Assembly: GCA_043819555.1 (NCBI GenBank)
Contig: JBDREQ010000063.1
Span: 32,001-96,000 of the forward strand
Reading direction: 5' to 3'
Source of the DNA: Candidatus Zixiibacteriota bacterium
GTDB lineage: Bacteria > Zixibacteria > MSB-5A5 > GN15 > JAAZOE01
Length of the DNA stretch: 64,000 nucleotides
This document shows positions 51,667 through 60,447 of the stretch, one piece after another. Position 1 is the first letter of the stretch. Every line of letters begins with the position of its first letter. The notes below the pieces were generated by a model. It searched no databases. It had not been told where the DNA came from and was given only the letters and a program-made list of their open reading frames with translations. The translations under genes were made by a program, and so were the position numbers.

Positions 51667-53052
51667 ATGATAAGCTGGTTTGACAGCGGACTTATTTATC
51701 TCTATCTGGCCACGCTATTTGTTTTCGCCCTGATTGGACTTAAACAGAAAAACGGCTCTCGCGAAAACCTGATTTTGGCCGGCAGACGCCTCACTCTTCC
51801 GGCTTTTGTCGCCACTCTCGTATCCACCTGGTACGGAGGCATCCTCGGCGTCGGGGAGTTCTCGTACCTCCACGGCATTTCCAATTGGCTTGTCTTCGGC
51901 GTACCCTACTATCTCGCGGCCGCAATCTTCGCGATATTTCTGGCCAAACGAGCCCGCTCATCGCCCGAAATAACTATCCCGGATAGACTATACAAATTTT
52001 ACGGTCCCGCCGCTTCAGCCGCCGGATCATCAATCCTCATTATCGTCACCCTGCCCGTTGCCTATGTTCTCATGGTCGGCGTTTTGTTAAAAATTATTTT
52101 CTTTATCCCGATCTGGGTCGGCATAGTCGCGGGAACGTTTTTCTCCGTAGCCTATGTAATGACCGGCGGTTTCCGCGCTGTTATATGGACTGACGTCCTT
52201 CAATTCATCCTGATGTTTGTCGGTTTTATAATTCTTTTGGTTTTCTGTTTTACCTCATACGGCGGTTTTGAATACTTAAAAATAAATCTGCCCGACGCCC
52301 ACTTTACCGCTTCGGGAGGAAACAGCGCCGGATACATCGCTCTCTGGTATATTATCGCGCTGGCGACATTGGTTGAACCGGCTTTTTATCAACGATGTTT
52401 CGCGGCTAAATCCGAAGCCGTCGCGCGTAAAGGTATCCTTGTCTCGATTTTGTTCTGGATTATTTTCGATTTTATGACAACCTCATGCGGCCTCTATGCT
52501 CGGGCCATTCTGCCCAATCTCGATAATCCCGTCGCCGCCTATCCGTCTCTGGCAATGACAATCCTTCCCGCCGGTTTTCTCGGTATTTTCCTTTTGTCGC
52601 TTCTGGCGACAATTATGTCAACCGTCGATTCCTATATGTTTTTGACCGCCACCACCATCAGCCATGATTTGTTCTGGAGATTCAAAAAATTCGATGAGCA
52701 AAAAATAGGACAGTACACTACCTTTGGGCTTCTGATATCATCCATCGGAACAATCGGTATCGCCATTATTTCCGATTCGGTCGTGGATATCTGGCATGAT
52801 TTCGGTTCGGTCGGCACTTCGGCATTACTCCTCCCCCTTCTGACATCTTACTGGGGCAAATACAAATTCTCCAATCGCGGCGCCCTGCTATCCATCATCC
52901 TTTCCTCACTATTGACCGCTTCAGCATTATTCTATCCCGGCCTCTCCGGTCAGAGCGACTATCTCTTTGGTATTGAACCGATCTTTATCGGGCTATGCAC
53001 ATCAATTATGATATTTGTTATAACCAGAACAAAAAAAACCATGTTCTTATAA
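51667..53052 (+). CDS. sodium:solute symporter, probable thiamine or precursor uptake
   Basis: LAGRRL, GGFRAVIWTD, YQRCFAAKS, ATIMSTVDS. Confidence 0.88.
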   Translation: MISWFDSGLIYLYLATLFVFALIGLKQKNGSRENLILAGRRLTLPAFVATLVSTWYGGILGVGEFSYLHGISNWLVFGVPYYLAAAIFAIFLAKRARSSPEITIPDRLYKFYGPAASAAGSSILIIVTLPVAYVLMVGVLLKIIFFIPIWVGIVAGTFFSVAYVMTGGFRAVIWTDVLQFILMFVGFIILLVFCFTSYGGFEYLKINLPDAHFTASGGNSAGYIALWYIIALATLVEPAFYQRCFAAKSEAVARKGILVSILFWIIFDFMTTSCGLYARAILPNLDNPVAAYPSLAMTILPAGFLGIFLLSLLATIMSTVDSYMFLTATTISHDLFWRFKKFDEQKIGQYTTFGLLISSIGTIGIAIISDSVVDIWHDFGSVGTSALLLPLLTSYWGKYKFSNRGALLSIILSSLLTASALFYPGLSGQSDYLFGIEPIFIGLCTSIMIFVITRTKKTMFL

Positions 53053-53186
53053 AGTTGTCCTATTTTTAGATGAAGCAAAATTAGATACGATATTCATTAG
53101 CCCAAAAGAACTCTGCCTCTTATCATTTATAGCATGTTGACAAACCCTTACTATGATTATACGTTGAGATATTAGAAAGTTGAATC

Positions 53187-53567
53187 ATGTTGAAACGCAC
53201 GATAAAATACTCGATCGCTTTTTTATTTCTCGTTCTGATGATAATCTCGTGCGAGGAATCTTTTGAACCCGACCAGCCAGTCGCACCAATCGTCAAAAAC
53301 CAAAGTCCGGCCATTACCAGCATGAGCAGCAGCCGGACAAACGTTCCCATGACTGGATTCGTCGTATTCAGCTGCAAAGCGAAGGATCCCTATGGCGATT
53401 CACTCTTTTTCCTGTGGTCGAGTCAGGCCGGCACCTTTCCTGCCGGTGAATCGGGGAATCCCGTTACCTGGCAGGCGCCGGAAGTTGAAGGACTTCAAAT
53501 CATTAAAGTTATTGTTTCCGACAGCCTGCACCAAATCTCCGATAGCATTTCTGTTATCGTTGAATGA
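53187..53567 (+). CDS. lipoprotein with Ig-like domain
   Basis: Lipobox IISC; NQSPAI, AKDPYGDSL, VTWQAP. Confidence 0.7.
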   Translation: MLKRTIKYSIAFLFLVLMIISCEESFEPDQPVAPIVKNQSPAITSMSSSRTNVPMTGFVVFSCKAKDPYGDSLFFLWSSQAGTFPAGESGNPVTWQAPEVEGLQIIKVIVSDSLHQISDSISVIVE

Positions 53568-53728
53568 CAATTGTACAATTCAGAACTTCTTTTCAATCCT
53601 AATCCAAACCTGATTTTCACCTTTCTAATATTTTGAAGTCTGACAATTTTTACCACCCACATCACTGTCAATATCTGACATATATATAATTGTCAATATG
53701 CGATATGTAAGTATTATGATAATTTCAC

Positions 53729-53757
53729 TTGACATTGACAATTTGTCTATGTATATT
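53729..53757 (+). promoter_or_regulatory. sigma70 promoter of the radical SAM locus, embedded in TGACA/TGTCA repeats
   Basis: TTGACA-N17-TATATT. Confidence 0.65.
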
Positions 53758-53813
53758 CTGTTCAAGCTGGAGCTTTACTTTAGTTTGCGCCTGGGGATCC
53801 GTTCGGGGAAGTT

Positions 53814-55166
53814 GTGCAAAAATCTAAATTCAATATTCTTAAGGTCATCGGCGACTATATTTATCTTTATAACGGCCTCACCTGGTCGGTTATTCGTTTT
53901 CCAAATGAGTTTGAACCGCTGATTTATAATATTCTTGACTTCCCGGAAGCGGTCAATGGCTCAAAAGAAATTCAGCTAACCAAAGACATTCTTTATGGCA
54001 ATGGCTTTCTAATCGATGATGATAAGAGCGAAATGGAGTTGCTTAAACAACGATACAATTACGCCAAAAATCATCAAAATTATTGTGCTCTCCAGATCGC
54101 TGTTACGATGCAATGCAATTTTGCCTGTCCTTATTGCTATGAGAATGAGGAAAACAGTTCACTCTCAGCTCAGACACAGGATGCCATCATTAATTATATC
54201 GCCCGCAATATCGATAAATGGGACAGATTATGCCTCGACTGGTTTGGAGGTGAACCTCTGCTGCGGCCAGATATAATCAGGAATTTAAGCAACCGGGCCA
54301 TGGAATTATGCAAAATATCAAAAACGGAATATTTATCAACCATCATAACCAATGGTTATCTCTTAAATAAAAAAAACCTGGAGCTCCTTGAAAAATACCG
54401 CGTGCGTGAAATTCAAGTGACTCTAGACGGCGGACGAAAAACACATGATTCGCGGAGATTTCTCAAAAACGGCAAAGGAACTTTTGATACAATTGTAAAT
54501 AACCTGATTCTGGGAGCAGATATATTTGACAAAATAATAGTCCGTGTCAATATTGAAGGTCAAAGACCAGATGATATATCAGAATTATTCGTCCGCCTCA
54601 ATCCCATAAAGGACAAATTACATATAGGATTTATGCCAATCCAGACAACAGTCGAATGCGACGGACATTCCAATAACTACGCATCTTTTCGACGGGAAAA
54701 TTACAGTTATGGCCGTTTAATTGATTCTCACGGATTTAATCCGTCGGTTACTCACACTCCACCCGGTGGATTATTCTGTGCCGCTTACAATAATAATTTT
54801 CTGCTAATAGATCCCAAAGGAAACCTCTACCGCTGCACTGTTATGGCGGGGAAAACTGAATACCGGATAGGATATTTGCAGGATGATGGAACGATTAAAA
54901 AAACATCAGACCAATCGCCGCACTTGGAATTTGATCCGTTTGAAGACAAAGACTGCAAAGTATGCGATCACCTTCCGATTTGCATGGGGGGATGTATTAA
55001 TATGCCACTTTCGGATAAATCAAATTCAGGCCGGTGCATAATTAAAGATACGGTGCCTTCCTATCTGAGCTCGATAGCCCAAAAATATGAAAATCTCAAA
55101 TCTGTCAAAGGAGGTGATGATGATAACAACCGTACCGGGAACATTTTTAAGGGAAATGTCATTTGA
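53814..55166 (+). CDS. radical SAM/SPASM domain protein (peptide or protein maturase type)
   Basis: CNFACPYC, FGGEPLL, TNGYLL, VTLDG…HDSRR; SPASM cysteines FCAA…YRC…CKVCDHLPICMGGC…RC; ~90-aa N-terminal extension. Confidence 0.93.
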   Translation: MQKSKFNILKVIGDYIYLYNGLTWSVIRFPNEFEPLIYNILDFPEAVNGSKEIQLTKDILYGNGFLIDDDKSEMELLKQRYNYAKNHQNYCALQIAVTMQCNFACPYCYENEENSSLSAQTQDAIINYIARNIDKWDRLCLDWFGGEPLLRPDIIRNLSNRAMELCKISKTEYLSTIITNGYLLNKKNLELLEKYRVREIQVTLDGGRKTHDSRRFLKNGKGTFDTIVNNLILGADIFDKIIVRVNIEGQRPDDISELFVRLNPIKDKLHIGFMPIQTTVECDGHSNNYASFRRENYSYGRLIDSHGFNPSVTHTPPGGLFCAAYNNNFLLIDPKGNLYRCTVMAGKTEYRIGYLQDDGTIKKTSDQSPHLEFDPFEDKDCKVCDHLPICMGGCINMPLSDKSNSGRCIIKDTVPSYLSSIAQKYENLKSVKGGDDDNNRTGNIFKGNVI

Positions 55167-55347
55167 TGCGGCAAAAGAATTGGGAAAAAAATATGCCATT
55201 TATATGGCCAGCTTCAGGGCCGAGATAATTAATGAAGGCCTTAGCGAGCATGAAGCAATGTTTTTACTGAATAGAATTGCAGTGAGCTGTACCCCTGGCT
55301 ACATGGAGACCGTTGGTCTCCCCGAAATCAGAGCCCTCGATAAATAA
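55120..55347 (+). CDS. 75-aa small protein, paralog 1 (candidate rSAM substrate)
   Basis: RBS AAAGGAGGTG; 42/75 identical to 55474-55701. Confidence 0.85.
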   Translation: MITTVPGTFLREMSFDAAKELGKKYAIYMASFRAEIINEGLSEHEAMFLLNRIAVSCTPGYMETVGLPEIRALDK

Positions 55348-55473
55348 ACGACACCTTTGAAAAATCATATCCAGTGTTCAGGAGATAAAACCTGGTTGAA
55401 AAATAATACTCCATTTTTTGAATTCGATGGCCAATAAATATGAACCACAAATTTGCCAAAGGAGGTGATGACG

Positions 55474-55701
55474 ATGGTTGCAAAAATGCCGGGGATGGCC
55501 CTGAGAGAATTGTCAAGTGATGCGATTCGGGAAATGGCCAAGAAATATGCCGCCTATATGGCCACCTTTCGCGCTGAGATCATCAAAGAAGGTCTTAGCG
55601 AACTTGAAGCAAGCGCCCTATTGGATAGTGTTGCCCACAGCTGCGGCGATGGTTTCATGCGGACAGCCAGCCCTCTCGAAATGAGAACACTCGATCAATA
55701 A
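55474..55701 (+). CDS. 75-aa small protein, paralog 2 (candidate rSAM substrate)
   Basis: Same RBS AAAGGAGGTG; ungapped paralog of 55120-55347. Confidence 0.85.
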   Translation: MVAKMPGMALRELSSDAIREMAKKYAAYMATFRAEIIKEGLSELEASALLDSVAHSCGDGFMRTASPLEMRTLDQ

Positions 55702-55713
55702 TTCGTTGCTCAG

Positions 55714-55745
55714 AGGTTATATCTGGTATCCGCCAGATATAACCT
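55714..55745 (+). terminator. perfect 13-bp hairpin after paralog 2
   Basis: AGGTTATATCTGG-tatccg-CCAGATATAACCT. Confidence 0.7.
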
Positions 55746-55783
55746 GTTTGTAGGACTATATTCTATTGTAAGGAGTAATTGAG

Positions 55784-55933
55784 ATGTCTAAGGAAAAAAT
55801 AAATTGGGAAACTGATATAAAAAAAGGATTGGAAGACGCCAAAAACATCAAAGATATCAAGTTACCCTTGAAACAGGACTCGGATCGCAGGAAAATTGAC
55901 GGCTTTAATCCCGGTGATGTCGGCAAGAAATGA
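55784..55933 (+). CDS. unannotated 49-aa ORF MSKEKINWETDIKKGLEDAKNIKDIKLPLKQDSDRRKIDGFNPGDVGKK
   Basis: AAGGAG at 55770-75, 8 nt before the ATG; hairpin at 56017-56042 downstream. Confidence 0.6.
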   Translation: MSKEKINWETDIKKGLEDAKNIKDIKLPLKQDSDRRKIDGFNPGDVGKK

Positions 55934-56131
55934 CAATGGCATTAAACAGGGATATATCTTCATAAATATTATGAAACAAATTGGCGCTTGTCCCCCTTGC
56001 GCCGGTTTTAATCAAGGCAGGAGCATGGGGGAAGGCTCCTGCTTGTATAATTCTTTCTTGTTATAACGATATATTGCGGTCATTTATATTTAAGTGCTTG
56101 CATAGAAACTGAATTTAAAATCAGATCAAGG

Positions 56132-56407
56132 CTACTTCTTCTTACTCCTAATCCTCGCTTCGCGGAATTGCGCTCGCGCTCGACCGGCGGCGACCGCCAT
56201 AACTATCGATTGAACTGCCCCCAATTCTTCATCAGAAATTCCTTCTTCTTTGGCGACGCCAAAGTAATGCTCCATTCATGGATAACAACCAAGCGAAATA
56301 GCCGACGCCAGATGCAGCATCAACGTTGTTTTCGGCTTCAGAATTTCATTGTATCGAGCCGAATCATAAAAATCCTTATATGCCTTAAGTTGTTTATCCG
56401 GTAACAT
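56132..56407 (-). CDS. AhpD/carboxymuconolactone-decarboxylase-like selenoprotein (CYPU), 91 aa
   Basis: GGAG RBS; …LHLASAISLGCYP-UGA-MEHYFGVAKEEGISDEEL…; 17-nt hairpin 56248-56264 begins 11 nt after the UGA. Confidence 0.88.
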
Positions 56408-56433
56408 CTTTATCTCCAATCATTACTACCTTG

Positions 56434-57456
56434 TTATTCCTTAAAATAATATATTTTCTCCGGATCGATCGTCAATGTCACCTTTTGGCCGGGTGATAAT
56501 TGCCACGTGTGATTATCAACCGTCACCGTCAGGGTCAGGCTATTTGTTTTCACTCTCAGGTAACTTACCGACCCGATGTATTCAATTGCCTCGACAATTC
56601 CCTCGATGCCGCTGTCGCCTCCGAGGGTGATATGCTCCGGCCTTATCCCTATTGTATAATGCCCATCTTTGACATCCGGGCCGAATTTTATCGGCAGTTT
56701 CTTGCCCATCCCACCTGAAAGTCTATCCTCATATAGATTAATCGGCGGCGTCCCGATAAACGATGCCACAAACTTATCTGCCGGGCGTTCATAAATCTCA
56801 GCCGGCGTACCTTGCTGGTGAATAATTCCGTCTTTGATAACAACCATCTTATCGGCCATCGTCAGCGCCTCGGTCTGATCATGTGTCACATAAATCATCG
56901 TTACGCCGATTTTCTTCTGCAATGCGACGATCTCCCGCCGCATCTTGAGCCGCAAAGCGGCATCCAGATTCGAAAGCGGCTCATCAAGCAAAAATATCGA
57001 CGGCTCTCTGATAAGACCTCGCCCCAATGCGACCCGTTGTCTTTGTCCTCCCGACAGCTGCGCCGGCCTTCGATTCAAAAACTCATCGAGCTCAAGTAGC
57101 GTCGCCGTCTCCGCTACTGCTTTTTTAATATTATCCTTCGATGTTTTGGAAACTCTAAGAGGAAAAGCGATATTATCAAACACCGTCATGTGAGGATACA
57201 GCGCATAATTCTGAAATACCATCGCTGTTTTACGCTTTTGAGGCTCAAGGCCGGTAATATCTTTCCCATCGAGAAAAATCTGCCCCGCATCAGGGAAATC
57301 CAGCCCGGCGACCAATCTGAGTATTGTCGATTTACCGCACCCGGAAGGCCCCAGTACCACTAACAGCTCGCCCGATTTGACTTCCAGGTTGATATCTCTC
57401 AGGACAACATTGCCATCAAACGACTTAGTTACATTTTTTATTTCAAGTCCAGACAT
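56434..57456 (-). CDS. MalK/UgpC-type ABC importer ATP-binding subunit
   Basis: GPSGCGKST, VFQNYALYPHM, LSGGQRQR, DEPLSNLDA; C-terminal TOBE-like region. Confidence 0.93.
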   Translation of the reverse strand: MSGLEIKNVTKSFDGNVVLRDINLEVKSGELLVVLGPSGCGKSTILRLVAGLDFPDAGQIFLDGKDITGLEPQKRKTAMVFQNYALYPHMTVFDNIAFPLRVSKTSKDNIKKAVAETATLLELDEFLNRRPAQLSGGQRQRVALGRGLIREPSIFLLDEPLSNLDAALRLKMRREIVALQKKIGVTMIYVTHDQTEALTMADKMVVIKDGIIHQQGTPAEIYERPADKFVASFIGTPPINLYEDRLSGGMGKKLPIKFGPDVKDGHYTIGIRPEHITLGGDSGIEGIVEAIEYIGSVSYLRVKTNSLTLTVTVDNHTWQLSPGQKVTLTIDPEKIYYFKE

Positions 57457-57457
57457 C

Positions 57458-58561
57458 TCATCTTTCAGTTACAATACCTTCCGATATATAAAACAATTTC
57501 GCTTTCTTCAAAAGCGGCTCCGGCGGCTCGACCGCCGTCGTCAAAAATACTTGCTTGAACTGTTTGAATAACCCGGCCACATTTTCCCGACGCAACGGAT
57601 CCAGTTCGGCGAAAATCTCATCAAGAAGCAAAATCGGTTTTTCATGAGTGCGGCTCTCGAGAAAATTGGCCGTCGCCATCATCACCGCAATCGCCGCACT
57701 GCGCTGTTCGCCCATCGAGCCGTATCCTTTAGCCGGAAAACCGCCGATTTGGAAATCAATATCATCCCGATGAGGTCCGACTATGGCGGTCTCTAAAATA
57801 GCCTCTTTCTGACGGCCCGCGTTTATTTTTTGTTCAAACTGCTTTTCAATTTCGCCAAAATCATTATACTCGACGTTAGGCAAATATCTCAGTGTAAATG
57901 ACGGCAACCCGTCCGACGTTTTCTGCCCTGCAATCTGAGCGTAGTACCCGGGAGCCAGCGCTTGCAGAAAATGCATAAATCGATGCCGCGCGACCATAAT
58001 CTTCGCCCCCAGTTGGACCATCAATGGATCAAACGGACATTCATCGTCCGATCCGTTTTTCAAAAACGAATTTTTCTGCGCCAATGCTTTATTATAATCG
58101 CCTAAATCTGCCAGATAGCTCGGTGAGGCCTGCGACAGGTACAAATCCAAAAATCGCCGACGCCCCGAAGGCGATCCCGAAAACAAAGTAACATCCTCGG
58201 GTGCCATCGAAATTAAATGAAAAAGTTGATATAGTTTCGACATCCGCACCGGGTTTTCATCAACCGTAATTTTCTTGCGCCCGCCTGCCTGATACGCGCA
58301 AGCAATCCCGGTCGCAGATTTCTCATTACCCAGGTACCCGATCCCCTCCAGCCGAAAGAAATCCTCATCGCCTTCCCGAACCATCATCACATCGCGCGCC
58401 CCGCGTTGAGATCGTCCCAAACAGAGAGTGAATATCGCCTCCAGCAAATTGGTTTTCCCGGCGGCGTTCTTGCCATAAAAGATATTTATTCCCGCGCTTG
58501 GCTGTAATTCGGCCCGGCCAAAGTTGCGAAAGTTGGTCAATGCTAAAAACTCTAATCTCAT
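57458..58561 (-). CDS. recF: DNA replication/repair protein RecF
   Basis: NFRNF, GKNAAGKTNLLEAI, GPHRDD, GSMGEQR, LLLDEIFAELD. Confidence 0.95.
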   Translation of the reverse strand: MRLEFLALTNFRNFGRAELQPSAGINIFYGKNAAGKTNLLEAIFTLCLGRSQRGARDVMMVREGDEDFFRLEGIGYLGNEKSATGIACAYQAGGRKKITVDENPVRMSKLYQLFHLISMAPEDVTLFSGSPSGRRRFLDLYLSQASPSYLADLGDYNKALAQKNSFLKNGSDDECPFDPLMVQLGAKIMVARHRFMHFLQALAPGYYAQIAGQKTSDGLPSFTLRYLPNVEYNDFGEIEKQFEQKINAGRQKEAILETAIVGPHRDDIDFQIGGFPAKGYGSMGEQRSAAIAVMMATANFLESRTHEKPILLLDEIFAELDPLRRENVAGLFKQFKQVFLTTAVEPPEPLLKKAKLFYISEGIVTER

Positions 58562-58646
58562 GCCGTCAAACTAACAAAACCAAATCAAAAACGAAAGCAA
58601 TTTCAAGCCGGGCTTGCGCAGAAACTTTTCATGTTTATATTATCTT

Positions 58647-59603
58647 ATGCCTTGCCATGTTCATTTACTTCAGGACTTCGATGACGGCTGGATCAAAGAG
58701 TTTTCAACCTGCCTCGATTCATCGATCACTATTACCACCGACCCCGATGTGTCTTCTACTGCCAATATCCTCATCTCCGGATCGCCCGAAGCAAAACATC
58801 TGGAGGCATCAAAAATCCTGACGACCCTTGTTATTCCCTGGGCCGGGCTCCCCAAAGCTACCCGAGTGCTAATGAAAGATTATCCCCATATCGCCATATA
58901 TAATATCCATCATAACGCCGCTGTCGTCGCCGAACATGCCGTTGCGATGATGATGGCGTCGGCTAGAAATCTAATCCCGACCGATAAAATCTTTCGCACC
59001 AATGACTGGTCGCCCCGCTACGATAAAACTTCAATATTTCAACTAAAGGGAAAAACGGCGCTAATCTTAGGCCATGGCGCCATCGGAAAGCAAATAGCAA
59101 AAATCTGCCGGACGCTGGGGATGAAAGTTGCTGGATTAAAAAGGGACTTTGATATGGCGGAGGGAACTTATTCAACAGCCGAATTGCCTGCATTCCTCCC
59201 CAAAACCAATGTGCTATTTATCTGCCTTCCGCTGACCCCCGAAACACTTGGGATGATTGGCAAAAAAGAACTATCGCTTCTGCCAGATAATGCGATAATA
59301 GTAAACATTGGCCGTGGAGCAGTTATTCAGGAAGAAGCCCTGTACAGCGAATTAAAATCAGGCCGCCTTCGGGCAGGACTCGATGTTTGGTATCAGTATC
59401 CTAAGAAAGAAAAAATATGGAGCGTTTATCCGCCCTCGAAATTCGATTTCGCGTCGCTCGAAAATGTCATCATGACTCCGCATCTCGCCGGGCATTCGGA
59501 TTTAGTTGAAGAAGATCGCATCGCACAACTGGCCGAACTGATAAACAACCTCGCATCGGGGAAGAAGCCAAAAACCAAAATCGATATTAACCGAGGCTAC
59601 TAA
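58647..59603 (+). CDS. D-2-hydroxyacid dehydrogenase family
   Basis: VAEHA, LGHGAIG, VNIGRG, GLDVW, MTPHLAG. Confidence 0.9.
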   Translation: MPCHVHLLQDFDDGWIKEFSTCLDSSITITTDPDVSSTANILISGSPEAKHLEASKILTTLVIPWAGLPKATRVLMKDYPHIAIYNIHHNAAVVAEHAVAMMMASARNLIPTDKIFRTNDWSPRYDKTSIFQLKGKTALILGHGAIGKQIAKICRTLGMKVAGLKRDFDMAEGTYSTAELPAFLPKTNVLFICLPLTPETLGMIGKKELSLLPDNAIIVNIGRGAVIQEEALYSELKSGRLRAGLDVWYQYPKKEKIWSVYPPSKFDFASLENVIMTPHLAGHSDLVEEDRIAQLAELINNLASGKKPKTKIDINRGY

Positions 59604-59626
59604 AAATATTTTAGGGAGATATAGCC

Positions 59627-60388
59627 ATGATATCCAATCCCGTAATCGACGCCATGATGAATCGCAAATCGCTTCGCAAATACTCAGGCGAAATGCCCTC
59701 CGATGAAGTCATCGAAACCATCGTCCGGGCCGGACAGCAAGCTCCGTTCGCGGCGCAGGCCTGTTCGCTTCTTCTAAAACGTGGCGACAAAAAGATACCC
59801 TTCAAAGCACCCCTGCTTTTTACCATCTGCGTTGATCGCCATAAGCTCGCGCTTATCCTGAAAAAACGAAACTGGGAAATGAAATCGTGCGATCTTATGA
59901 TGCTTCTCTTTGGCCTGCAGGATGCCGTTCTCATGGCTGAAAATATCGTCATCGCCGCCGAAAGCCTCGGGATGGGTAGTTGCTTTTTGGGCCATCCGCC
60001 CATTACCGCGCGAGCTATCAAAAGAAGTTACAAACTCCCCGACGGAGTTTATCCGATCGTCCAGCTCACCGTCGGCTATCCCGCCGAAGACGAACCGACC
60101 CGCCCGCGCTATCCGCTCGACTATTTTTTATTCGAAGACGAATATCCCGAATTTTCTGACGAGACGATTGAAAAAGCCATGAAAGTTATGGACGAAGGTT
60201 ATCTTGCTCAGGACTATTACCGCGATCCCGACATCAAGATTATGCTCGAAGGGGGCCGCGAGGAGACGTTTACCTATGACAATTACAGTTGGACCGAACA
60301 CATGGGCCGCAAATGGGGCCAATGGTGGTCCGAACCCGACAAACTCCTCGAGAACTTAAAAGCATGTGGGTTTGATATTGGGGGATGA
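59627..60388 (+). CDS. nitroreductase family protein (NfsA/Frp-like)
   Basis: RKSLRKY, AAESLGMGSCFLG, VGYPAE…RPRYP. Confidence 0.9.
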   Translation: MISNPVIDAMMNRKSLRKYSGEMPSDEVIETIVRAGQQAPFAAQACSLLLKRGDKKIPFKAPLLFTICVDRHKLALILKKRNWEMKSCDLMMLLFGLQDAVLMAENIVIAAESLGMGSCFLGHPPITARAIKRSYKLPDGVYPIVQLTVGYPAEDEPTRPRYPLDYFLFEDEYPEFSDETIEKAMKVMDEGYLAQDYYRDPDIKIMLEGGREETFTYDNYSWTEHMGRKWGQWWSEPDKLLENLKACGFDIGG

Positions 60389-60447
60389 TTATTTAATGGA
60401 CAAACAGCTATTGAATTTGTTTAATTTAGGATAATGGGGAGAATATT

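Noticed and set aside
53698..53922. 74-aa ORF upstream of the rSAM as a possible precursor
   Set aside because: Overlaps the promoter and the rSAM start out of frame; no RBS
56168..56404. 78-aa plus-strand ORF in the track
   Set aside because: Antisense shadow of the AhpD-like selenoprotein gene, which has the RBS, the family motif and the hairpin
56434..57456. ABC ATPase as the exporter for the rSAM product
   Set aside because: MalK-type importer ATPase on the opposite strand, coupled to recF
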